A program made the position numbers and the translations under genes. DNA of 64,000 nucleotides, taken from Selaginella moellendorffii (taxonomy: Eukaryota; Plantae; Lycopodiophyta). Shown piece by piece: positions 13,421 to 26,271 of the stretch. The DNA lies in NCBI RefSeq assembly GCF_000143415.4, contig NW_003314274.1, positions 1,750,851-1,814,850 of the forward strand. The letters run 5' to 3'. Under the pieces are notes generated by a model. That model was not told the DNA's origin. It saw only the letters and a list, made by a program, of their open reading frames with translations, and ran no database searches. Within the stretch, counting starts at the first letter, position 1; every line of letters begins with the position of its first letter.

Positions 13421-13509
13421 AGTTCTTATCAATAGGATTTATGTTTTTCACCTTAGGTTTAACTATAAGAACCAATGCAGGGGTTTTAACTAGGGCTTTA
13501 GTTTCAGGA

Positions 13510-15072
13510 ATGGAGAGCATTGCCGCTGGCGGTGCGTGCTCGCTGTCTCAACACGATCCCTGCTGCGCGACTGCCAGTCCCAATACGGCCGCTCCATCCT
13601 GCGCTCGGCCGATCGTCCAAGCAGGCAAGCAGCAGCAGCAGCGATTCTTCCCATGGCGGGGCGCGATCCGGAGTGGAAGGCGTCCGTGTGGCAATGGTGG
13701 GGCGGGGCTAACCTACAAGGATGCCGGCGTTGATATTGATGCTGGAGCGGAGCTCGTGAGGAGGATTGCCGCCATGGCGCCTGGAATTGGAGGCTTTGGA
13801 GGATTGTACCCGTTTGGTACGTATGTTTGGTATGCTTTGCCTTGTATCTATCCATAAGTTTTGGGTTTTGGATGCTTTTTTCTTTCTTCCCAGGAGACTC
13901 CTATCTCGTAGCTGGAACTGATGGAGTCGGGACGAAGTTAAAACTTGCATTTGAGATGAGCAAGCACGATACCATCGGGATCGACCTGGTAGGCAGATTT
14001 TCCTTGGGAAGGATCTATAGCTGGTTTTTCTAAAGGTTGCGATGAGTGTAAACGACATTGTTACTTCTGGAGCCAAGCCGATGTTCTTTCTGGATTATTT
14101 TGCGACAAGCCATTTGGATGTGGACATTGCGGAACAGGTAATTGTTAGTGCTTTTTTGAGTGGACTGGAATAATCTTTCGTTTTTGAATAGGTGATCAAG
14201 GGAATCGTTGAAGGTTGTCGTCAATCTGATTGCGCACTACTGGGTGGAGAGGTACGATTGGCATGTATGAAAAGCTTCTTACACGTTTTTCTTAGACAGC
14301 AGAAATGCCAGATTTCTATGCACCGGGAGAGTATGATCTGAGTGGCTTTGCCGTCGGCAGTGTCAAAAAGGATGCGGTGATTGATGGAAGTAGGATAGCT
14401 GCTGGAGATGCTGTGGTCGGGCTTCCATCTACCGGAGTGCACTCGAACGGATTCTCTCTCGTTCGGAAGTACGTACAGTGTGTCATTGATCTTCAAACTT
14501 CTAGTTTTTAATTTCGTTTCAACTTTTCTTGCAGAATACTTGCTAAAAGCGGTCGTTCATTGTCAGATGAACTACCTGGAGCAGGACACAGTCCATTGAC
14601 GATAGGACATGCTCTACTCGCTCCAACAAAAATATATGTGGAACAGGTTAGAGATTTTCTTACATTTGTTGCATGTCTCTTATTCGTTTGTTGCTCAGGT
14701 TTTGGATATCATTGCGAAGGGTGGTGTCAAGGGCATTGCTCATATCACTGGCGGCGGATTTACGGACAACATTCCAAGAGTGTTTCCAGAGGGTCTAGCT
14801 GCGGAGGTTAGAGTTGGTTCTTGGACTGTTCCACCAATCTTCAAGTGGCTTAAAGAGGTGAAATCATCCTTGTTAGTTGTATACTTTACTTGACGCTCTT
14901 TTTTCGATAGGCTGGAAATGTGGAGGAAGCTGAAATGTTTCGCACTTTCAACATGGGAATAGGAATGGTTTTGATTATGGAACAAATGGCCGCGGAGCAA
15001 ATTCTCAAAGGAGATGAGCCCGCATTTCTGTTAGGCCAAGTGATAAACGGCGAAGGAGTCGTCTACAAGTGA
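13510..15072 (+). CDS. PUR5: Phosphoribosylformylglycinamidine cyclo-ligase (AIR synthetase, PurM), organelle-targeted, multi-exon
   Basis: [78 protein letters not shown]; GT-AG introns; N-terminal transit-like peptide. Confidence 0.96.
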
Positions 15073-15160
15073 CATGGAAGTCTTGGCTAAGCCTCTAAAT
15101 ATCGAGGTTCGATATATGATTTTCCATCAACTAAAGTGTGTGCTTAATGAGAACCTAGCT

Positions 15161-16684
15161 ATGGCTACCTGCGCGTCCGTCCTGAGGGCGCTCAGCACTG
15201 GTGCGGTAAACGAAAGTAGCAGTCTAGTCCAGTGTAGAGGCCCCCATCTGGTGCAAAGTACTCTTTTGTGTTCTCAAAGTAAGGTGAGACGAGCGAGCAG
15301 AGTGTATGCGAAGTTTGAGCGCTTCGAGGGCGGACGGGAACAGGCTGTTGTTGTGAATAAGCATGAAGCAGAAGCCGAAGAGCAGGAAAATCCTGATGAA
15401 GACGTGGAAGATACCAGTGATAGGTTCGTGTCTCTGGTTTTAGATTCTTTGTTGTGGCCTTACCGGGTTTTTTTTTCGCTTCACTTTGTTAGTGTGTTCC
15501 CAGCTGACTTGGAAGGTGCTATTGAGCAGTCTGCCGAATCCACATCGCAATTCCTCTCAGCCGGAGGGAAAAGAGCTCTCGTAAGATATTTCCTTTTGAT
15601 AGTTTTTTGCAGTAGGAGTGATGGTTTTCTTGGGGATAGGTGGAGCTCTCCCTCATGGAGCTGGAGAACTTTGACACTGATGGCGCACAGCAGCAGCTCT
15701 GGGACTGCTCGAGGCTGTTTGTGAAGTCGGTGCAGAAGCGTTTCCAAAACCAGGTACGACTTTTGACGACTCTTTGTTTGGATCAAACGTGTTCGCAGCT
15801 CGTGTGCAGAAAATAAAAGCTATCTTTCCTGACATGGGGGCCGCTGCGTATGTGAAGTTCCAGTGGAAGGATGAAACCATCAAGTATGGAAGGTAGAGCA
15901 CCATGTTTCTGACTTTTTGGCAATGGACTGACTAGTTCGTAACTCTGGCTGCAGTCTAAATGATCGAAAACCTGTGACGGATGACGATGACATCATAATG
16001 CTGATTGCTCCCGATCATCAAATGCTGGATCAAGTTCAAAAGATTGCGTACTCCCTTCTGGACGATGACGATATGGTAACGTTTTCTTTATTGTTTTCCC
16101 GCATTGCAATCTCGGCAAGCCAACAGATCTTTGTTTGATGCCAGCAAGAGAAGCCATTGATAATGTGGAACCCCCAGCTTTTCAGCGGCGACGTTGGTAT
16201 TGGCCTAAACGTTCGTAGAGTTCGCAACGAATTTTTAAGGTACAGAAAAAGAAAATGGAGAAAGATATTTTGGAACATCTTTGCAGAACCTTTACAACTG
16301 TGTACTCGCTAAAGCCTTTGCCTACTGGCGCCATTTTTAAGAGATACCCCGGGTATGATTTGCTGCCTCTCTCTTCTTTTTCTGTGCTTAAGCTATCAAG
16401 CTGGTGTGCAGGCTTTGGAAAATCTTTCTGGACGATAAACAACGACCCGGCCGCTACTTGTTCGCAAGGGAGCAAGCTAGCAAGCCAGACGCTGAAGACC
16501 TGGAGGTTTGTAAACTTTTAAAGCTTTTCTACGCAGTTCCAGCAAGACTTAAGCGTGTTCTTTGTAGGCCATCCTACTCCAAGGCTCAGCCCCGGGAGAC
16601 GAACCGCAAGTACCATCGTTTCTCGCCAACGCAATGGCAACCATGTCATATCTCGGTCGATTCATGAGATCGCTTTCCCAGTGA
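15161..16684 (+). CDS. DUF1995-domain plastid protein (At5g27560-like, LPA3-related family), multi-exon
   Basis: Spliced motifs KAIFPDMGAAA, LNDRKPV, PLIMWNPQL.SGDVGIGLNVRR, TFTTVYSLKPL, RYPGLWKIF.DDKQRPGRYL; transit-like N-terminus. Confidence 0.85.
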
Positions 16685-16909
16685 ACAAACATACATACAT
16701 GCATACATCGAGGTAAGTACTTTCTTCTACTCAGTGTCCTTCCCCTACACCTATGGGAGAGGAAAATAAAAAGAAAGGTAGTGGTGCTGACTCTTGCAGA
16801 GTACTGGTAATGGTACAAGGTTTTTTTGTTTCTTCCTAGTTAGCTCCATCTCTTAGCTCTTCCTAAAGTCAATGCCAGAGGAACTAACAGCACTAGTGTG
16901 TTGTGTTTG

Positions 16910-17825
16910 TCAAAATCCAGCGTAGCAGCTGCATCGATTTGGCAGGAGGATTTGCTGCTGCGGCTGCGGCTGCTGCTGCTGCTGCTGCTCCGGTTTGTTC
17001 TCGGCATCGCTACCTTGCTGGCGAAGATCCGTGGAGCTGTCGTCACTGTCGAGGAGGCGATGGACGCCGCAGCAAGTGGCCAGGACGAGCGCCGAGCAGC
17101 AGACTACTTCTCGCTCCAGATGCGAGCAGTAGCTCTCGAACATTGTCACTGTTACTTGGAGGCGAAAGTCGAGACGAAAGAGGAACTGTAGCTCCAGGCG
17201 ATTCATCTCCAGCGTGCTCACTCCCCCGACTTTGGCGTAGTACGCATTGTTATAGTACCTGAAGCAAGAGCCACAAACTTTTCAGCCAAGAATCGCAAAA
17301 GCATTGATCGAAGAACCAAAAGTTCCAGAAAAGCTCAAGAAACCCAAAAATCACCTACTAGAGAGGAGGAAAGAGAGCTTACGCATCATCAAGGAACTTT
17401 GCGGCCACCATGACGCTGGTGATGAGGAGGCGATGGACGTTGAGCGAGGTGATTGGAACATCCGGCTGCTGGTGGATGAATCGATCCATGTACGCATAGG
17501 CGACGACGAAGCACGCAGGGCTACAGTTGGCGTACTTGAAAATCCTCTCCAGGTACTTCTCGATGCTGATGGAGGGCGCCCTCAATCCATGGAAAACCGT
17601 GAGCTTGGTCGCCCCCCCGCCCAAATGCCTGTGGTTGCGCGCCACCACTCTCTCGAGCAGCGATGCCAGGACGGAGATCACAGTCGGGGGCCGATTCTCC
17701 ATCGCTCGCCCGCTCAGGGAAGAAGGGGAAGAAAAGGAAGAAGAAGTAGACCCTGACGATAGCAATGTCGTTGTTCTCGCCGTGGGTCGGCTCCCCAGCT
17801 CGCGATCACACACCACATCCACCAT
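16910..17825 (-). CDS. CYCU: Cyclin-U (P-type, PHO80-like) cyclin, 2 exons (17825-17383, 17258-16910)
   Basis: [53 protein letters not shown]|[22 protein letters not shown]; C-terminal poly-Q. Confidence 0.95.
16955..16990 (-). repeat. (CAG)n-type coding microsatellite (poly-Q)
   Basis: gctgctgcggctgcggctgctgctgctgctgctgct. Confidence 0.85.
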
Positions 17826-18909
17826 CTCTCAGCTAGAATCCCTCCTTTGCTGCGCTGCTTCTCTCTCGGACTCAAGCAGAGTGCTCACAGCGAGCTCGGG
17901 CGAGCCAGAGAAGGCGAGAAATGTGGATGGAGCTCTCGCTCGCGATCGCCCATCACATTGCCACTCCCGGGGAGAGACGAGATGGAGGAACTCTCGCCCA
18001 CGCGCTCTCCGCGAGCTCAAGGAGAGCCAAGAAAACCCAGTGAGAGAAGGCCGAAAGAGGAAGAAAGTGACATTGGAACGAGGGGAGTTTTTAAAAAAGA
18101 CAGCTCAAGCCTAACTGGTGGCCAGCCACCGACACGTCGGCGTGCGGGGTCGGTACGAACCGGGTTACGCCTCCGTACGAACCACAAATCTCCTTTTTCC
18201 AACTCATTTTCGATTTTTTTTTCTTTCTTTTCTCTATAATCTCGTTGTTGTGGAATGCTGGGCTGGATCCTGTGGTTGCTGACTTACGGCAGAAATTGGC
18301 ATCCTTGCAAAATAAATTCATGATTGGTCATGCAGAAGCTTCAGAGCATCTTCACATCTTGTTTTGTCATGGCTTGATGTTCTTCTTAGAGAAATAAAAT
18401 ACAAGAAAGATCAAGCTCTTGTGGTGGTTATGTGTCCATGGACAAAACCAGGGAATCTCTGCCAAAACACACTGCTGCTGATAGACATTGATGTGCCAGA
18501 AAAACCCAATATGCACGTTTTCTCCATTCCATATATATAGCTTATTAATACTATAAGTGTTTAGTTTCCATATTACCTTTAAATTTATTAATTGAGACGA
18601 TTCATGCTTGGATTTGCAATAGAATATTATTTTGTGAAATTTTCATTTAGATATCTGACAGATCCTATTAGAAAAAAATCAAAATATAATAGAAAACTTT
18701 ATCATTAAGATAAAAAAATTAATCTGCAATACAAAGATTTGAAATTATGGAGAATAATGGATGGATAATATTTTAAAAATAATTTAATATATCTAATACA
18801 CTGTGTTTCTGGTTGGTGTAAGAAATATATCAAAAATATTCTTATATATTCTAGAATATTTTTGAGCTCTCTAATTTGTTTGTAATCAATATTTAATGTT
18901 AATACCTTT

Positions 18910-21414
18910 GTTATAATAGACTCCAGCATCAGCCCTAATAAGGAGTGTTGCACACTGGTGATTCCATAGAAGCACCTTGAGATTGAAGATTGCTTATATT
19001 CTAGTCTATCATAGAAGAGCTGATGAAATGATGTAAACTACCATGACTTGATTGCAAGGTACTAATGATGGAAGAATTACCCTTCTAAGTTAGGGTGGAG
19101 AAACTAAATGGAATCTTTCATGGGGTGTTCATCAATCTTCACTTGCTGGACATTTCTCTTATTTATGCTAAAGTATCATTAACATAAAGAGCAATAAGCA
19201 CAAAGGAGGCCTTTTAAAATAAAGATTTGAATCTGTATCTTCAACCACTTCAAAAGTATACTCTATATCTTTTAAATGAAGGATGACCAAGCCTAAAATG
19301 CTATAAATTATAAATACTAGAAGTAGTGATTGCAGACTAACTTGTGAAATATCAAGGATATAAAGGTGATTTTGTCATGGAGTATATGACAAAAGATGAC
19401 CATGTAAAGTAAAAGAGCATCCACAAGAATCAAAAGTTGGTAAATTACCCATATTACAATATGAGTAATAAACAAAAGATTAGTGTAAAGTGATGGAACA
19501 TGAAAAATGCTTTTGACAAAATGAGTCACCTTCTGCTATGTGGCATCAGAGGCAATGATAAGAGTAAAAGAAGAATTAATAATTGACAAAGTGCTAATAA
19601 CATAAGCATAATTGTGTTTAAAATCCTCAATAATAAGAGGATGAATCATTGAGAGTAGCATATGTCTGTTATTGTTTTCCATTAAGACTAGTAGTCATAT
19701 AACTTGAGGAAGTTGTCATAGATAAGGATAATATGAAAAACTGAATGAATATAATCTGGACACTAACAACAAATTTGGGAAGCATGTCTAGAATAATGAC
19801 AAAACCCAAAAGATTAATAACAAAAGTATGCTATATGACGAGATTGACCAGCAACCACTGTTAGAATGACCATAGGAATAAAATGAATCTTGTGTAAAAG
19901 AGAGTTGCTTATTTGAAATATAAGCACTAGTAGAAAGTGATTGAGAGTAAAGTGCTAGAGTAGAAATGTTGAAGGAAGATACTAAAGAAAATGGTCATAA
20001 ATGGGAGTAAGAGCAATCTTAAAAGTACACTAATCATTTATCATAACCATGATAGTAACCACATTAAAATACTCTAAAGGAAGAATATTCAAAAACTGAA
20101 GTGATCTTTTAGGGTAAAAATCATGCCTATTTGCTTTAAAAGATCCTTAAAATGTTTAATATGTCACTCAAGATCAATGTCAAAAATATATTTGAGGGAT
20201 TTAAATTGCTCTTTCAAATAAAGAATCTCTGTATCAATCTTCTAACTAAAAGATCATGAAGATATGACTAAATAATAGTAGCAGAAGGATGGGATAAAAC
20301 ATTAATATAGATATTATTCTGAAGAGTCAACAATAAAGTAGAACAAACATAAATATCTTTCTTGAGCTTTCCCATATTTAGAAATGCTTTGTACAAAAGC
20401 GACCATCATAAGTCACTAAGTCTGTTGGCCATGTTGATTGTTTACCACATAATCAGTATTAAGCATTGACCACACAAACAAAGATACAATAAAACCCACT
20501 CCAACAATAACAACAGTCTATCAATATAAATAAAATAATTAATAAATGAGCTTAAAAAAATCAAGAGAGCTCAACAAAACCTATGTTTTAACAAAAGAGC
20601 TTAATAAAATCAACATTCCAACAATGAAGCTCAACAAAATTAATATATCGATAATCCTTTATATCAAACCATATAAGAGTAGCTAACTAAAGAGCTCAAC
20701 AAAATTGACATTCTGACAAGGAAGCTCAACAAAATTGATATTCCAACAAGGAAGCTTAACAAAATCAAAATGTTAACAATCCTTTACATAAAAAAAAAAC
20801 CATACGTTAGTAGCTGACAAAAGCGATCAACAAAATCAACAATCTAACAATTACTTTAACGATATTGATCAACAAAAATTTTGACAAATTGACAGTCTAA
20901 CAATCTTTGGCAACAATTCTTTTTAATAATCTATTTCAATAATCCATTCTGATAATCCTTTTTGACAATCCTTGTTAACAGAACAATAATGCTCTTCAAT
21001 ACCAAACAATACTCGAAATGTGGTATATATGTTCTTAATCATCAAAATTGAGGATAATTTAGCCCTACACAAAAGCTACATGTTCCAAGATATTCAAATT
21101 AGAGATGTGAAAGAATTCAGAAAATTCCCACAACTAATGTAGTCATTTGGACAAACAGAATGATTGAAAATAGTATAAACCTATGTACTTCTAAAAATCA
21201 TAATCATGGCTTTGGGTATAAACTCTTTATCTAAAGACTCCAAAGACTCTTATGCTGCTCTGTAACAGGTTGATTGGATCACTGCTATGATACCATGTTA
21301 TCTTGATTGAATCCCTAATGCACAATCCTTAATTGATGTGGACTTATATATATATATATACATATATAAGGAAAACATGTCCAGATATAAAATAGATCCT
21401 TATATAGACTAACA
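18910..21414 (-). mobile_element. Deleted, degenerate Ty1/Copia retrotransposon
   Basis: LTR-like tgtta...taaca at 21296-21414 adjoining PBS tggtatcatagc (reverse complement of 21284-21295). Minus-strand remnants FHVPSLYTNLL (protease region), HFRLGHPSF (GAG-pre-integrase), DSNLY...LIALYVND (RT YVDD-like). Left boundary approximate. Confidence 0.75.
20545..20975. repeat. Degenerate ~30 bp tandem array in the Copia leader
   Basis: Recurrent (g)agct(c/t)aacaaaat(t/c)(g/a)acatt.caacaa units. Confidence 0.75.
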
Positions 21415-22104
21415 CTATGTTCTGGTGGCCGTGCCCCAAAGATCCAAGGCTTATGCCTTCTCACCAACCTTGTCGCTGCAACCAGCATTGTCACTCTCCA
21501 AATATCCTATCCACATATGTGAGCCAGCAATCCACTCCTCATTCCTCATCCATGAAGTTACATGGCCCAAAAAAGTAGGCAAGGATCATTGAGGCTACAT
21601 ACTTCTCATAAACATGCCAATAAGACAAAAAAGATTAAGCTCTTTGATCAGCACTGGATTACTTTGAGTGCTTTGAGCAATATGGTTCTCTCCTCGAGGC
21701 TCTCGTCCATGAAAGCTGGAGGGTATGGAGGCATCAAGTGTACATAGATAAGGTTGATCTCAGAATAAGAACCTTTACTTTATTATCATCTACCTTTCTG
21801 TAGAAATCCTCAAAAAATTTGCAAAAATAATAAGAGTTATATGTAAGACATAAGACAGGAACTTCAACTAATAGTTCATATGAACCTTTATGGTCTTAAT
21901 ATATATTTATTAACGATTTAGCAAGTCCCCAGTTATTTTTCACCTGGGTAGCATTATGCACGAGGTTTTGATATTCAGGAAAGTCCTCAACTTTTGGCAA
22001 ATTTCTTAAGATTAAATTGGTGTAACGATAGGAATGCAAACTTGGTTTGATGAAAATGCACAAGCATGTTTAGCTTAATTTAGTGTTGCCATTTCTTTTC
22101 TGGC

Positions 22105-23243
22105 CTCCAATACTTTTCTCGCCTACCAAAGAGAAAAATCACAAAAGCTTTCAAGAACACGCAACATTGCACAAACCTTCTAGAGGATGATTATCCATCC
22201 ATTCCTCTTCTGGTGTCTTCCAGGTGACGGGAGCAAAGTCCACCAGCATCTGCTCGCAACTTTCGAGAGCCATCATCATATCTGTCTCACCTAAACAACA
22301 AGAGCGCTTTCAAATTATGAAGGATCTACAGAGAGAAGTGACTGACTACAAACTCTTGTAGTTCGATTTCCCCATTTCCTCCAGCATCTCAGCAATGGGC
22401 ACGAGCTCCAATTCCCTGCCCTTGCTCGTTGTAACCGCTTCTTGGTATTGCCCAAGCTGAGGAGCCACCACAACTCCAACAAGAAATCAAGAAAAACAGG
22501 AGCTCCCAGCTCAGTGACAGCTGAACACGGCATCATCACCCCCTGGCCAACTACGACGCCCACTGTGACCAAATATTTCCAGCTGCAAAGCCATCGCTTC
22601 ACAGCCATGAAGGTGGCAAAGCTTAGATTATATAAATTGCCTGGAACTAAAGACGCTGATCATGGTGGCATTGTCGGCTTGGCCGCCTCTGCTGTTGTTG
22701 GACGATGGCACAACACACCCGAGCACTGTCCAACAGGTTCCATTCGGCCTGATGAGAGTCGCCATCCCCATGCGGCTTTCAATCCCCGGCGGCTGAGACA
22801 ATCTGCGAGAGCCGAGATGCACCGAGCCGATCATGCTCCCCACCTTTTCTTGCAGAAGAGGTGCGTACGTGACCTTCGGCGGTTTTAAACACCAGCCTAT
22901 AGTCATGTTCCTTCTTGTTCTGGTACAAGTCCTCCTTCATGGCGTTACTTCTAGCCACATCCATCCGATGGCGATGATCGAGTTCCTGCTCCCTGGCTAC
23001 CATTCGGGCAAACGCTTTGCCCACTTTCGTTTTGTGGAATGTGTCCGTCTCGCTGCGATGGCGCTTGCCAGTGATGACAAGAAGAGGCCGTCGCCCAGCT
23101 GTGCGTGATTTGGCTGCAAGGAGAGCAACGAGGTGATCTGATCCAGGGACATGACCGGGTTCCTTGAGCAGGGCCAAGTCAGCGGCACGGCGGGTCCAGC
23201 CCCCAGTGCGCTGCAATGCCATCCAGCATGACGTGGCCTCCAT
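22105..23243 (-). pseudogene. Decayed gene of unrecognised family, paralogue B
   Basis: 22109-22623 aligns with 23940-24575; peptide LVGVVVAPQLGQYQE..TTSKGRELELVPIAEMLEE, intron, ETDMMMALES..QMLVDFAPVTWKTPEEEWMDNHPLE; frameshifts and stops. Confidence 0.6.
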
Positions 23244-23934
23244 GCTTTCAGTTTCTTTCTTTTTTTTAGTTAAAATTTCCACTTAACTTTTGTTAGCGGC
23301 ACCATGCGCCCGCGTACAGAAATCATACGAATGTTGCTGTGAGGTAAGAACTTTCTTCTCTTCTCTCTGGCGTTCTTTGGAGATTCTTATGGTTTTTTTT
23401 TTAATGTTCTTCTAGAGTTTCTGCACACAATGCTACAGACGGTAAAGCCAGTGTGGGCATTTCGACTCTCCCTTGGGATCGCCCAGTGCTGGGGACTGTG
23501 CCTCGTGCGTTGGTAATACTTTGCTTGTTTCGCAACACGTTTGTTTCACAAACTAGATCTATCTCGTGGTCACAGCGTCAATGCTAGTTCTACGCTACAT
23601 TGTTGATTCCGGCTAAACTCCTGTAAGTCCAATTCGGATCTTGTTGCTTAAGCTGTCAGGATAGTGCTGGGAGCTTTCCAGGCCTCTTCTGGTTTCATTA
23701 CGAACTCATAAGTGGTGATCAAACAGGTGCAGTGATCAATTTCGAGGCTACCGGACCTGGTATGATTTTTGTGCCGGGCAGTTGAGCAGCCAAGATTCAG
23801 AAAGCTTCAAGAGGTAAACAAAATAAATACTTAGCTTTAATCTTTCTCAAGACATCAATGGTGTTCTTATTTCTAAAGCGCACACCAGAAAACTAATTAT
23901 CTCACTCCACAACAATTTCTCATCCATAAACTGT

Positions 23935-24600
23935 CTGCCAATACTTTTCTCGCCTCCAACTCTTCTGTCGCCTTCAAGTCTTGTCTCTCGACTTCAACTC
24001 TTGGCTCGACAGCAACTTCCCTCTGGGAGCTTTCCCAGCTCTCAACAGTCTAGTCTTTATAGACTTTCCAGCCTCGGCAAACTCTGTACCATATTCAGAA
24101 AAACATTCAAGAACAGGTAAAACGAAGACGCATTGCACAAACCTTCCAGGGGATGAGTATCCATCCACTCTTCCTCCGGCAGCTTCCAGGAGACGGGAGC
24201 AAACTCCAGCAGCATCTGCTGGTGGCTTTTGAGAGCCATAATCATATCCGTCTCATCTAAAATACAAGTGCTTGCAAATTACCAAAAGAGCAATAATTAC
24301 GAACTCACTCTTGTAGTCTGATGTCTGCAGTTCCTCCAGCACTTGTGCAATGGGCGTGAGCTCCAATTCCCTGCCCTTGCTCGTCGTCACCCTTCCTTCT
24401 TGGTAGAGCCCAAGCTGAGGAGCCACCACAACTCCAACAAGATATCCAGTTGATTTAAAATTGGCATCATACGACACCCATGATGAGATCCGGCCACACT
24501 GAGTAGCTGCTCACTGTGACTAAATATTTCGAGTCACAACACCATTTCTCCACACACATGCAGGTGGTGAAACTTAATTGAGGGAGCCATCAACTGGCAC
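23935..24600 (-). pseudogene. Decayed gene of unrecognised family, paralogue A
   Basis: YLVGVVVAPQLGLYQEGRVTTSKGRELELTPIAQVLEE, same intron position, ETDMIMALKSHQQMLLEFAPVSWKLPEEEWMDTHPLE; internal stop downstream. Confidence 0.6.
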
Positions 24601-24699
24601 GCCACCAAATCGTTGTAAGTAGCACTGATTCTGCATTCGAACCACGGAGCATCACCACATGCACTATATTGCAGTTAGGATAGATTTATCACTTAAATA

Positions 24700-26110
24700 T
24701 TTTTCTCGTGTCATATTCCATTTCCACCAATAAAATATAAACTTCTGTAACAATAACAAAGTGAGCTCTATAAAGGATGAAGTACTTGTGGGAATTATGC
24801 AAACAACTAGATGCTTTGCAAGATGACCTTTGTCCTATGTAGTGTATTTAACTTGGAGGCACAATAACTATTGACTCTTTTAAATCCTTGATCTTGCCAA
24901 CATATTGAATGCATTTGTGGACATGGAAGAGCTGAGTGAGGGGGCAACTTCCAGGAGTATAGCCTCCACGAATTCATTCTATCTGCTTTAGTTGTTGTTA
25001 TTGATATATCAAAGCTTCCAATTTACTCACTAGTTGCTACTCATGGCAATTGTCTCTATAGTAGAGGCAAGCTAAGTATATATGGAAGCCAGCTTTTGGA
25101 AGACTTCATCACCGATATATAAAGAACAACACTTAGGAAAAAACATTTATTATCTTCACTTCTAATATTGTGATCATTTTGGCTTTGACACTTATGAATA
25201 TTTGAGACTTTGCACCTTGTAACACTTTGAAAAATATTTGGACCTCACACTCACATTTCTAAGCTCTCGTTATCAACATTGTTTGTTACTACTGCTCTCT
25301 ATAGACACAATGGACAAGCCGTTCATCATGGTCTACCTCATCAAACTCTGTGATTCCAATGCTATCTAGGAGTTCCTTGTCCACCAGACAAATCCTTTAC
25401 TCCTCCAGGCCACAAAGAGTGCACAAACCCTTGTAAATTACACACAAATGCCATTTGAATCAAATGGCTTCAAGCATAGCAAGGACTCAACAATCTCTCC
25501 AAGTTTCTATGCATTGCTCTTACAACCTATACTTCCACAAGCACATTGGCACCCTTGTGAGGGATGGGAACCCAAGCATTTCCCCCTAAAAGCCTCAATT
25601 CCTTTATGCACGAGGCCCATCTACACGTGGTAATAGCATGTGTTGAACTCTTTTAAATGTTGTTGGCTTAGGCTGATTCAGATTTTTCTAAAAACTGCTT
25701 TAATGAGATCTTGCTTTGTCTTGAGAGATATACATACTGTGTTCTTCCTAAAATGATTTACCAGTGCTTTGGCAATCATCTACTTATGCCTTGTTCCCAC
25801 TTCCATTTTACCCTTACAATGGCACTTGCCCAACACTCCCACTGTCCAGCCAACCTAAACACAATTCCTGTACATAAATTGATGTCATTTTTTGCTGAGT
25901 TGGCCCACTGGATATAACCTGAGGGTCAGATTTATGCCCTGGTAGGAGAATTTATCTAAGAGTCCTTGTTTGTGAAGTCCAAAGCAACATCCCCACAATG
26001 AATAAATGATCCAAAATCTAATCTAGGAGACTGTGAAAAGTAGTAGTAGTAGCAAATTTGCATGGCAAGGTGGATCTTTGTCATGCATCACACCCCTGGT
26101 GAAGGTTCAA
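24700..26110 (-). mobile_element. Degenerate transposase-like remnant (possibly hAT)
   Basis: CpG-poor broken frames on the minus strand (IAKALVNHFRKNS, TTCRWASC) weakly resembling hAT motifs. Confidence 0.3.
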
Positions 26111-26271
26111 CTCTAATTTCAGTTCTGTTAAATTATGTTTTATAATTACAAATTCTACAAAAAATTATAAAAACGAATTTGTCATACAATAATTTATTAT
26201 ATGTGTATAATTTGTCTTGGTATAATTTTAGTTAAGGTATCAAAACAAAGTATCAGTGGTTAAAAGTATAC

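Noticed and set aside
20545-20975. CRISPR-like spaced repeats
   Set aside because: Eukaryotic context, degenerate units, no unique spacers or cas genes; lies inside a Copia leader.
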